Of a stretch of DNA of 64,000 bases, positions 1 through 8,694 are shown one piece after another (within the stretch, counting starts at the first letter, position 1; each line of letters begins with the position of its first letter). A program made the translations under genes and the position numbers. The notes beneath the pieces were generated by a model. It did not search any database and was not told the DNA's origin. It worked only from the letters and a program-made list of their open reading frames with translations. This DNA comes from an uncultured Candidatus Saccharibacteria bacterium (GTDB taxonomy: Bacteria; Patescibacteriota; Minisyncoccia; Phycocordibacterales; Phycocordibacteraceae), in NCBI GenBank assembly GCA_964469405.1, contig CAYXYP010000001.1, positions 36,782-100,781 on the forward strand, in the 5' to 3' direction.

Positions 1-661
1 TGCTGATGAGCGCGTGCGGCAGACCGGTATCTTTTCACCTACAGGGCTTCGTGGTTTCGACCTCGCCGAGAAAACTATCGGTGTTGTTGGCACTGGACAT
101 ATTGGCGCACACATTATCCGCATGGCGCAAGGCTTCGGTATGACGGTCATCGCCTTTGACACAAAACCCAATCCGGATCTTTCCCACATACTCAACTTTA
201 AGTACGTATCTCTGAGCGAATTACTCGGAACGTCCGATATCATCACTCTCCATGTTCCCTACAACGAACAAACACATCACCTTATCAATCGAGATAATAT
301 CGGAAGTATCAAAAAAGGTGCTTACCTCATCAACACCGCCCGAGGAGCCGTCGTCGAAACTCAAGCCCTTATTGAAGCTCTCCGAAGCGAACAAATTGCA
401 GGCGCAGGACTCGACGTACTTGAAGAAGAAGGTCATCTCGCTGATGAGGCGGCATTTCTCACCGCATCTCACCCGCGCGAAGAGGAGCTCAAAACTGTCC
501 TTGAGGATCACTATCTCATCAACCATCCACGCGTCATCGTGACGCCGCACCTTGCCTTCAACACGACGGAAGCCATCGAGCGTATCCTCAATGCGACGAT
601 CGAAAACATACAGCACTTTAGCGAAGGGACATCTACAAATATTGTTACCCTGCCTTCCTAA
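1..661 (+). CDS. D-isomer-specific 2-hydroxyacid dehydrogenase (D-lactate dehydrogenase-like), 5' truncated by window
   Basis: GTGHIG Rossmann motif, INTARG, GLDV and TPH motifs. Confidence 0.85.
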   Translation, partial: ADERVRQTGIFSPTGLRGFDLAEKTIGVVGTGHIGAHIIRMAQGFGMTVIAFDTKPNPDLSHILNFKYVSLSELLGTSDIITLHVPYNEQTHHLINRDNIGSIKKGAYLINTARGAVVETQALIEALRSEQIAGAGLDVLEEEGHLADEAAFLTASHPREEELKTVLEDHYLINHPRVIVTPHLAFNTTEAIERILNATIENIQHFSEGTSTNIVTLPS

Positions 662-711
662 TACTCTCGAGGGTTTCGTGAAATTGTTTCCACGTTATAC
701 TCTATCGGCAT

Positions 712-1581
712 ATGATCTCTCGCGAACGTATCATCCCCATTCTTGCTACTTTTTTCATCATAAATGCTTCCAGTGCATTTTTTATAGGATCTGGCTTTGG
801 ATTTACTGCTCAAGCAAAAAATATTTTCCACAAGGATCAAGCATCCTACGCCGAAGTATCTACCACATCGGAACAGACTCTCTCGAACATTGCTTCATCT
901 ACTGAAAAAATTGACCTCCCAATTCTGGTGTATCACATCGTTCGACCGAGTTATCCGGATGACAGCGAAGCAGTGCGAACTCTCGCACTTACGCCGGAAA
1001 TCTTTGATGCGGAGATGATGTATTTAGACAAAACCGGACACCACATAGTGTCGTTTAGCGACCTTGAAAATTATTTTCGTAGCGGTACATTACTCCCAGA
1101 TAAACCCGTGATTATTTCTTTTGACGACGGCTGGAGCGACCAGTTCAAATACTCGTTCCCGACTCTTAAGAAATATAATTTCAAGGCTACATTCTTTGTC
1201 TTTACAAATTCAATCGGTCGACATGATTTCCTAACCTGGGAAGAATTGCAGGAAATGCTTGACGCAGGGATGACCATCGGAAGCCATTCACGCTCACACC
1301 CGTACCTCGCAAATATCACCGACCCAGATACGCTCTGGGATGAAATTTATGGCAGCAAAGTACTACTGGAGAAGCATCTCGGAATTCATGTCAACGAATT
1401 TGCCTACCCTTTCGGACAGTACAACGCTGATACCGTAGCGATGGTGGTGAAAGCCGGCTATCGATCAGGTCGTGGCGACTTTTATAGCGGGAAACAAACG
1501 GCGGACCGGCTCTACGAACTCAGCGCCATGAATGCACCGACCACTATGGAGTTTTTCGTAATGAGGTTCCCTTCCCGTTGA
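712..1581 (+). CDS. Polysaccharide deacetylase (NodB/CE4) with N-terminal membrane anchor
   Basis: ILVYH, SFDDG, HSRSH, FAYPFG motifs. Confidence 0.85.
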   Translation: MISRERIIPILATFFIINASSAFFIGSGFGFTAQAKNIFHKDQASYAEVSTTSEQTLSNIASSTEKIDLPILVYHIVRPSYPDDSEAVRTLALTPEIFDAEMMYLDKTGHHIVSFSDLENYFRSGTLLPDKPVIISFDDGWSDQFKYSFPTLKKYNFKATFFVFTNSIGRHDFLTWEELQEMLDAGMTIGSHSRSHPYLANITDPDTLWDEIYGSKVLLEKHLGIHVNEFAYPFGQYNADTVAMVVKAGYRSGRGDFYSGKQTADRLYELSAMNAPTTMEFFVMRFPSR

Positions 1582-1613
1582 TACATAGCTGACTGTTACA
1601 CTACTCTTTCTTA

Positions 1614-2246
1614 ATGATTTCTAACAAGTGGTTGGTACAGGTGGGGATTATAGGGATCATGGCCGTTACTTTCGTAGTAGTGTCGTACGTCGCGCGAGCA
1701 AACGAACCTGTACTTGCTGCCATCGTTCAAGACGGAAATGTCACGAGCATCATTGGCTTCATTCTACTCACTGCACTATTCGTCGTCTTCGTTATTCCGC
1801 TCGACATTGTGTTCCTTATTCCTCTCGGCGCATTAGTGTGGGGACCCGTGCCAACAGCGCTGATGAGCATTATGGGATGGGTTCTCGGGAGCATGGTGGC
1901 ACTCGGTATCGCCCGCGCATTCGGAGCTCCTGTTGTAGAAAAAATGATTGGGCTGAAACGGATACGGGGTATCGAGGCGCGCATACCAAATCAAAACACC
2001 TTTTGGACTGTCGTATTCCTGCGGTTAATAATCCCTGTCGATATTTTAAGCTACGCACTCGGACTTTTTAGCACAATGTCATGGCGCCCGTATATGCTTG
2101 CAACACTGATAGGCGTAACTCCTTTCGGTTTCTATTTCTCCTACGCCGGAACACTTCCGTTTTGGTATCAAATCGCTGCGGTAATCGGCGCACTCGTACT
2201 TGCCACTGCAATCGTATTTAAATACGACGCTCAAGAAAATCCTTAA
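1614..2246 (+). CDS. TVP38/DedA (VTT domain) membrane protein
   Basis: Multiple TM segments; FLRLIIPVDILSYALG...YMLATLIG motif. Confidence 0.8.
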   Translation: MISNKWLVQVGIIGIMAVTFVVVSYVARANEPVLAAIVQDGNVTSIIGFILLTALFVVFVIPLDIVFLIPLGALVWGPVPTALMSIMGWVLGSMVALGIARAFGAPVVEKMIGLKRIRGIEARIPNQNTFWTVVFLRLIIPVDILSYALGLFSTMSWRPYMLATLIGVTPFGFYFSYAGTLPFWYQIAAVIGALVLATAIVFKYDAQENP

Positions 2247-2288
2247 TATTTCTTTAATTCCAACCCACCGTTAACGAAAACGGAAAGC

Positions 2289-2415
2289 CGCCTCTCGCCG
2301 TGTTCGGCTCGAAACCTACGCTTCCTCTTCGGAAGCTGCGGCACTAAAGTACTGCTGTTTATTAGCCAATCGCTTCGCTCTTGGATAAACAGGGAGCCCG
2401 CGGTTCGATTCCGGC
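2289..2415 (-). repeat. tRNA-flank structured repeat, copy 1 (related to 32580-32671)
   Basis: Shares GAACCGCGGG, GCCGCAG..CGAAGAG..CGTAGGTTTCGAGC..GCGAGAGGCG with the element after tRNA-Ser; 2401-2415 is a 15-nt inverted copy of the tRNA-Met T-arm. Confidence 0.7.
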
Positions 2416-2434
2416 GACACTCGCATAAGTAGCT

Positions 2435-2466
2435 AAAAATCGCATGGCTTGCACCATGCGATTTTT
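2435..2466. terminator. Bidirectional rho-independent terminator-like hairpin
   Basis: AAAAATCGCATGG-CTTGCA-CCATGCGATTTTT perfect stem. Confidence 0.65.
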
Positions 2467-2681
2467 CGTACTTGTTGCCCGAGGCGGTACTGTACCCGTA
2501 CCCATAGGGAGTTACAAGGTTTTTAGGGGACCTTCCTTCCCCCTTAGTCGACGGGGGCCGGTATGGGTCGCTTTCCAATGATTTGAAGGGTTTTCGCTCG
2601 CTTCAGATCGGCCAACTAGGGCGGCGGTACTGTACCCCTCAATAGACACGATAGACACTATAAAAAGGGGCGGGAAAGTGT

Positions 2682-3227
2682 CTACTCGATTACCCACTCC
2701 ACCAATCCGAAATTTTCCGGCTCTAGCCCAATATTTAGAGCAGCCGCGAGCCACTCGATTTGAGAATTCTGTATCGCGTCTTTCTTCTGGCGCTTCAATT
2801 CGAGAAATACGGTCTTGCTTCCCTTCCAGACGAGGACGTCCCAGCATCCTCCGAACCGGCCGGTTTGCCTCCTCAGGTCGGAAACGAGATCCGCTTGTTT
2901 AGATGGCAAGTCTACCGGCTCCACGACATCCGGCAGGCCAACTCTATATTTCCTTCGATATGAATCCACCCAGACACCATTCCAGCCATTCGATTGAAAT
3001 AATCGAAGTACCGCGAGTTCTGCAAATACCGGCTCGCCGTTCCAATCGATAACCGCCTTATTGTTGTAGGTGTTCGGGATCGAATCGCCCACCCATTGTT
3101 TGAAGCGTAAAAAATATTTCGGTATTGAAATTTGCTCGCCAGAAGGAAGCGAAAATATTTCGCTATTACTTTTGTAATGCTCTAAAAATCCAAGATCTCC
3201 CGCTTGGTCGGGTTGTATTGTCTGCAT
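2682..3227 (-). CDS. VRR-NUC / PD-(D/E)XK nuclease domain protein
   Basis: GCWD-VLVW...FLELK...D-I-Q-xx-Q-xx-W resembles the VRR-NUC signature. Confidence 0.65.
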   Translation of the reverse strand: MQTIQPDQAGDLGFLEHYKSNSEIFSLPSGEQISIPKYFLRFKQWVGDSIPNTYNNKAVIDWNGEPVFAELAVLRLFQSNGWNGVWVDSYRRKYRVGLPDVVEPVDLPSKQADLVSDLRRQTGRFGGCWDVLVWKGSKTVFLELKRQKKDAIQNSQIEWLAAALNIGLEPENFGLVEWVIE

Positions 3228-3708
3228 GACCTGGGAAGGTTTTGTTTGGCGGGAAATACAAAGCTCCCCGCCAGGCGATGGCTTGCGCCACCCACCCCCA
3301 GTTTCCCGGAGGGACCTTCCCAGGTGCTCCTGACGAGGAGCTTTCTACTGGGAAGGATTTGCGTCATGCCGAGTTACCGGTTTAGACATCTTGATAATAA
3401 CGCGAAAGAGCGACCGTTGGCTACCCTAGCTTAGTTTTCGGTGGTTGCGAAGGACCCTGGGGATAACTACTTTAAGCAGCTCCGATTGACAGTGTTGACA
3501 TTCATCGTCTGTTATAAACGCTGATTTAAATATTCAGACTGAGAAAATATCGTGCGCACTGAATTGTCACGAAATGACTCTCAAAATAACTCGCGCAACA
3601 AAACGTCGATGTATACTTACACTAACCAGCGGGCGAGCAACCTATTTAGATACTGCGAGAGATTCCCAGTGTGGAATATTTCGATAGACACCAAACTAGC
3701 AACCGAAA

Positions 3709-5058
3709 ATGTTTATTCGGTTAACGATAAATGTTATGGGGAATCTCAACATAGTGTATGTGCCTATAAGTGAATTGAGACCGTCAGATTATAATCCGCG
3801 AAAATGGAACGAGGCACAGATAGTGGCACTGAAGGAAAGCTTACAGCGTTTTGGTGTTCTAGATCCATTGATATGTAATTCTGCACTCGGGCGTGAAAAT
3901 ATAGTTATTGGTGGACACTTCCGTCTCAAGGTCGCAAAGGATATGGGTCTCAAGGAGATGCCTGTTGTGTACGTGAATATACCGGAGATAGAGCGCGAGA
4001 AAGAATTAAATATCCGATTGAACAAAAACCTCGGAGAATTCGATCTAGCGATTCTTAAGGACTTCGGTGAGAACTTCTTAAAGGATGTGGGATTCGACAC
4101 GATCGAGCTAGACGAGATCTTTGAGGTTGCGACTACACCCGAGCATTTTGACCTTAAGCGCGAGCTGGAAAAACTTAACATCAGCGAGGTGACAATCAAG
4201 AAGGGCGATATGTTCGACTTAGACGGTTCGCGTCTTCGTTGTGGAGACAGCACTATTGAAGCTGACATGCTTGCACTGATGAACGAAGAGAAGGCCGACA
4301 TGTGTTTTACGGACCCACCCTATATTCTTGATTACCTTCGGGGTAAGAAGAAAAACGGCAAGCCAACGGAAGGTTTCGGATTAAAACGCGATCGTAAGTA
4401 TCTCGGAACCGACTCTCTACCCGAGAACTTCTCCGACCTCTGGATGGCGAACGTCGCCAAGGTGCAAAAGCCGGACTTCTCTATCATCGTTTATGAAAAT
4501 CCTAAGAATTTGAGGACTATATGGAACGCCCTTGAAAAACATTGGAAATATCGGAACACTATCGTGTGGCATCTAAGCAACCGCGTACAAGGTTTTTCTG
4601 CCAAGTACAAATTCTTTAGCAAGCACGATATAGCGCTTGTAGGCACCTCAGGCGATGTGACGCTCAATGATGAGCCAGAAGATGACCCGCTGTTCCAGGA
4701 ACAGTACGAGACAGCTCTCTTCGCAACTTCCGGCCATCCTCATTGGGAGGGACCTGGCAAAGGCAAAAAGTATTGCCCTACTGACCACATAGAATTCGTC
4801 GCGGCAGACGAAAAGTCGTCCGGTCAAGGAATAATCTTCGGGACTAAGCCAATAGAAATCCTCCTTCCATATCTGAAGGTGCTTACTAAGCGTGGCGATC
4901 TTGTGCTTGAGCCTTTCGGAGGTAGTGGTTCCACGCTCATCGCCGCCAACAAACTTGGTCGCCGTTGCTATGTGATGGAGAAGAGCGAAGTGTATACCGC
5001 AGTTATCATTGCCCGCTGGGAGAAGACAACCGGAAAAAAGGCGAAGAAAATTTCCTAG
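3709..5058 (+). CDS. ParB-N-terminal domain fused to N4/N6 DNA methyltransferase (phage-type; start may be 3736)
   Basis: ELRPSDYNPR/IGGHFR ParB motifs; DPPY; KP-x-E; EPFGGSGSTLIA. Confidence 0.85.
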   Translation: MFIRLTINVMGNLNIVYVPISELRPSDYNPRKWNEAQIVALKESLQRFGVLDPLICNSALGRENIVIGGHFRLKVAKDMGLKEMPVVYVNIPEIEREKELNIRLNKNLGEFDLAILKDFGENFLKDVGFDTIELDEIFEVATTPEHFDLKRELEKLNISEVTIKKGDMFDLDGSRLRCGDSTIEADMLALMNEEKADMCFTDPPYILDYLRGKKKNGKPTEGFGLKRDRKYLGTDSLPENFSDLWMANVAKVQKPDFSIIVYENPKNLRTIWNALEKHWKYRNTIVWHLSNRVQGFSAKYKFFSKHDIALVGTSGDVTLNDEPEDDPLFQEQYETALFATSGHPHWEGPGKGKKYCPTDHIEFVAADEKSSGQGIIFGTKPIEILLPYLKVLTKRGDLVLEPFGGSGSTLIAANKLGRRCYVMEKSEVYTAVIIARWEKTTGKKAKKIS

Positions 5059-5061
5059 CAT

Positions 5062-5709
5062 ATGGCTGGGAAACTTTCCCCGAAGAAGAAACGTCTTGCG
5101 ACCCTTGCCAAGAAGACTGCCGAGCAGAAGGATGCTCTCCTCGAACACCTCGCCAAATGTTGCATCGTGCAGGCCGCGTGCGAACGAACCGGAGTCGGTC
5201 GTTCCACATACTACAAATGGTACGCGGAAGATGATGGGTTCCGCAATGCGGCTGATAAGGCATTCACTGCCGGTCGTGCGTATCTGAATGATGTTGCTAT
5301 ATCAGGACTTCTTAAACTGATACAAGAAGGCAGTGTTGGGGCGACTATCTTCTGGCTCAAGAATAATCATATGTGGTTCGCCGAGAAAATCCGACATGAG
5401 CACGAGCATCGTATCATCGGTGTCGGCGATGGTGTACTTACCCCAGAACAACGCGAGCAACTCATTAAAGCTCAACGTCTCTCGGGCATGACGGCTGCGG
5501 CTATCATCCATGAAGAATTGAAAGAGAAATTCTTGGCAAGTAAGAAGGGCCAGGAAACGGCAAACGATGTTGACAAAAGTCCAACGAACGAGGCACCAGA
5601 TGACGATCGTATCTCAGACTGGGGTACAGGCAAACCGGCGGAGAAATTCAATAAAGAGCTCGAACGCAATGGGATCAATATCCAGGAGTTCTTGAGGAAT
5701 CGTAAATAA
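5062..5709 (+). CDS. HTH protein resembling phage terminase small subunit (phBC6A51-like)
   Basis: ACERTGVGRSTYYKW HTH and ATIFWLK motif; follows ParB-MTase as in phage packaging regions. Confidence 0.55.
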   Translation: MAGKLSPKKKRLATLAKKTAEQKDALLEHLAKCCIVQAACERTGVGRSTYYKWYAEDDGFRNAADKAFTAGRAYLNDVAISGLLKLIQEGSVGATIFWLKNNHMWFAEKIRHEHEHRIIGVGDGVLTPEQREQLIKAQRLSGMTAAAIIHEELKEKFLASKKGQETANDVDKSPTNEAPDDDRISDWGTGKPAEKFNKELERNGINIQEFLRNRK

Positions 5710-5719
5710 AATGGTTTTA

Positions 5720-5992
5720 ATTCCAAGAATGGCCGCCCCCGAAGGAGAGGCCACCGCGAGAGTTATTTATTCCTCTCACGCTCAGTAGTGTCTGGATGTC
5801 TCTTGGCGTACTCTTCAGTACAGAAACGACCAGTGTCACTACGTCGATAGTCGTAGTTTGCCATAGGCAGATTCGATTAGGCTGATAAACCACCATGGAC
5901 ATGCGAAAGGCCGCATGCCCAGTCGTCAAGCAATAGAGGCTTCTCAGCTCCATGATGATTATCAACTCCATCAAGGCGGCCATTCTTGGAAT
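5720..5992 (-). ncRNA. Putative structured ncRNA of unknown family downstream of the retron RT
   Basis: Perfect 18-bp terminal inverted repeat (5720-5737/5975-5992); several internal helices pair fully only on the minus strand (G-U); cUUCGg hairpin followed by UUCUU at the 3' end. Confidence 0.55.
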
Positions 5993-6070
5993 CAAAGAAC
6001 CTATTTATGGTAGCTCATTTTGAGCCATAGTCGTAGACCCTAGCTTAGATACCCAGATTTGCAAAGAAGG

Positions 6071-7708
6071 TCAAAATGCAACCTCCTGGACAACTGTATC
6101 TAATCCCTGGAAATATTCGGACGGAATGTTTGATATTGGGTAGAATTTGAAACTTTTAATATCGGTACTTCCTGCCAAAGTTGCCGAGCCTTGCACAATA
6201 TATCCATCAACAGCATCCGTCTGCTCCGATATAACCGGCCCTCCACTCATACCGCTCCACATAGGGTTATTAACTAGATAGGCATGTATCCCTCCGGTTA
6301 CTTCCTTTTGTACAATATTCTGATCAACTGCTGCCGGTTCGCTCCAGAAATTTCCGTTGGACCTGAATCCTCCGTATCCCAAAGATACGTAGTCTTCTGT
6401 TTGACTATAACTATGATGAGTCTTTTTAGTGTTGGATTTAAAGATCAGGTCCGAATTGTCAGAAGCAGTGTACAAGACTGCAAAGTCTTTCACGACATCT
6501 CGACAGAGAACAGAAGCGCCCCTGAATTCAACTGGCAATCTTTTGTCTCGAGTAGTGAATTCGACACTCCCATCTTCCCCAACAACATGAGCGCAGGTGA
6601 CGATGGTGTTCTTGCTTATAAAAAAGCCACTACCGATTCCCTGAGTTGATTTGATGATTAGAACCTTGTTTAGATATTCCTCCTTCTTAGATTCTGGCAA
6701 TCTTTCCCCAAATTTCCCTTCCAAGTCACAGAGACGATTGAACAGCTTTCTATACAAGAGGTCTGTCTTATCTCTTACGTTGCCGATATGATCAATTCTG
6801 CCCCTAAGAACCTGTCGGAAGCTTTTTTTGAGACCTGAATTGTAACTATCATTAAACTTCTTCTCCGCTCCTTCTTCACCATAAACTTCCCAGGCATTAA
6901 GCATAGAACGAACATCTCTTATGTATTTTCGAGAAAGATTGCACTTCTTATTGACCTTAATTCCTGTAACCCACTTGCTTTGGTTTGGTACCGCTAAACG
7001 GGTCTTTTTTTGATTAATTGTAAAACCATTTGATTCTATTGTATTAACAATAGCCCTCCCGACAGTAACTGCACCTCCAACATTCGAGGCAAGTTTATTG
7101 TCTAGGCTATTTGCCGAAAATGTTATGTCATCCGCATAACGCGAATATCGCCAACCATTTTTATGTGCCAACCTGATTAGATCCTTGTCTAACCTTAGAC
7201 AAACCATGTTCGCAATAACAGGTGATGTAGGAGAACCCTGAGGTAAACAATTATCGCGTGTTGTGATTCCAGTCAGTACAGAAGATAGTTTATTTCCAAA
7301 ACGAAACGGATACCGTTTAAAAAGACCCATTACTCTTCCGGAGTTCACCACTCCAAAAAAGTCATTCAAATCAATATTTAATACGTAGTTTCTCTGGAGA
7401 TGGTTTTGAGCATTTGTAACAATCCCTCTACCATTAACAAACCCGTGAGCGGATTTTGGCAAAAACTCCTCGTATACGCTACCCAGATAGTAATTGAGTT
7501 TCTTACAGATAGTCTTTAATGCCTTATCTGGGGCATAAATATCTCTGTGCCCTCCCGTTTTTTTAGGAATCGTATAGTGCTTGTATAAAGATTCGTTGTT
7601 ATATGCAAAATAGAGGAGCGTCTCTAAATCAAGATCCAACAAATCTGCGAGATCTCTTATGTTTCCACAATCTCTAATATCTCTATCGGATTTGATGGTT
7701 GAAATCAT
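6071..7708 (-). CDS. Retron reverse transcriptase fused to C-terminal trypsin-like serine protease (type XI-like retron)
   Basis: NAQNH (retron region X), LPQGSPTSP, YADD, VTG (region Y); protease triad motifs TCAHVV, DFAVL, GMSGGP. Confidence 0.92.
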   Translation of the reverse strand: MISTIKSDRDIRDCGNIRDLADLLDLDLETLLYFAYNNESLYKHYTIPKKTGGHRDIYAPDKALKTICKKLNYYLGSVYEEFLPKSAHGFVNGRGIVTNAQNHLQRNYVLNIDLNDFFGVVNSGRVMGLFKRYPFRFGNKLSSVLTGITTRDNCLPQGSPTSPVIANMVCLRLDKDLIRLAHKNGWRYSRYADDITFSANSLDNKLASNVGGAVTVGRAIVNTIESNGFTINQKKTRLAVPNQSKWVTGIKVNKKCNLSRKYIRDVRSMLNAWEVYGEEGAEKKFNDSYNSGLKKSFRQVLRGRIDHIGNVRDKTDLLYRKLFNRLCDLEGKFGERLPESKKEEYLNKVLIIKSTQGIGSGFFISKNTIVTCAHVVGEDGSVEFTTRDKRLPVEFRGASVLCRDVVKDFAVLYTASDNSDLIFKSNTKKTHHSYSQTEDYVSLGYGGFRSNGNFWSEPAAVDQNIVQKEVTGGIHAYLVNNPMWSGMSGGPVISEQTDAVDGYIVQGSATLAGSTDIKSFKFYPISNIPSEYFQGLDTVVQEVAF

Positions 7709-7849
7709 TCACTAATACACAAGCCTTCTTATCCTCGACCGCTAAATGCGGAACAACTTAACAACTTATGACACAGGGAGTATCCCCCTAACAACGTCAC
7801 AGCTCGTTGCTGTAACACAACGAAAAAATCGCTTGTGCATTAGTGAATG
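7706..7849 (-). ncRNA. Retron msr/msd ncRNA
   Basis: 19-nt a1/a2 inverted repeat (7831-7849 / 7706-7724, single mismatch is G-U on the minus strand); internal hairpins UCGUUG/CAACGA, AGGGGG/CUCCCU, CCGC/GCGG; directly 5' of RT. Confidence 0.85.
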
Positions 7850-7940
7850 CCTTCAAACCGAGGTAATAATAGCGCAAAATTGTCTGCAACGCTCAGAAAG
7901 TATCCGAGACGATTCGCTCGGGACCATTCAGACTGTGCAT

Positions 7941-8690
7941 TTAGTTTAGTTTTTGAAAAATAAAGAGGTGCTCATGCATTATCAATAAAAAGTTTGATTC
8001 CTTCGATCTGGTGACCCAGAAACCAGTTGCTTTGCAATTAAATTGTCGTTTAATAATATCCTCTTTCAGGACGAAACCTACTTTCAAGAATCGTTCCATT
8101 ACCTTAAAAGCGAGAGGTTGATACATTTTTTGTCTTCGAGTATCTCCCATCAAAATGGCACAGTATTTCCCAGGCCTTAAAACTCTATGGAGTTCTTTTG
8201 CAACCTTCTCTATTTCATCAACAAAAGCATCTATATCGTGTATTCCCGACAGGTCTTCTTCTATTTTGCCCTCGCTGTATTTGATGATGTCTGCATAAGG
8301 AGGGTGCGTGAGTACAAAATCAATTTCATTGTCTTTAATGAAGCTCATATTTCTCGCATCACACTTCACCACTCGTTGTTTCGCTTTATTGTCGACCTCA
8401 AATTCAAGTGATTTTCTTGTTCTTTCTAACGCTTCTTCATTCACATCAATGCAAGTGATATGACGATTAAGTATCTTTGCCTCTATTGCTGTAGTACCTC
8501 CTCCAATCATGCAGTCCAGCAAATGATCTTTTTCATTTGAGTACCGTAAAATAAGATTGCGGACGACCTCTGGTGCCCAATTTCCGCGCCAATCTGATTT
8601 ATGCGTCGCCCAGTTTCCACGACGCGGGAATGCCCATACGGTTGTACACTCTAGTTCAAATTCGTCAGGGTGTAATTTCTTTTCCACCAT
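7941..8690 (-). CDS. Second DNA methyltransferase of the DpnII-type cassette (N4/N6 MTase, HPPY type)
   Basis: LDCMIGGGTT SAM motif, THPPY catalytic motif; in operon with DpnII REase. Confidence 0.75.
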   Translation of the reverse strand: MVEKKLHPDEFELECTTVWAFPRRGNWATHKSDWRGNWAPEVVRNLILRYSNEKDHLLDCMIGGGTTAIEAKILNRHITCIDVNEEALERTRKSLEFEVDNKAKQRVVKCDARNMSFIKDNEIDFVLTHPPYADIIKYSEGKIEEDLSGIHDIDAFVDEIEKVAKELHRVLRPGKYCAILMGDTRRQKMYQPLAFKVMERFLKVGFVLKEDIIKRQFNCKATGFWVTRSKESNFLLIMHEHLFIFQKLN

Positions 8691-8694
8691 ATAA

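Noticed and set aside
2395-2420. Additional tRNA gene at the GGTTCGATTCC motif
   Set aside because: No acceptor, D or anticodon arms; it is part of the tRNA-flank repeat
3326-3345. Hammerhead ribozyme from CUGACGA (also CUGAAGA near 5812-5818, minus)
   Set aside because: No correctly placed GAAA or stem II/III pairing
5720-5992. RNase P RNA, tmRNA or group I intron
   Set aside because: Lacks GAGGAAAGUCC, tRNA-like ends and P7 R/S elements
6071-7708. Group II intron or DGR reverse transcriptase
   Set aside because: Retron NAxxH/VTG motifs and a1/a2 ncRNA are present; no maturase domain or TR/VR pair was seen
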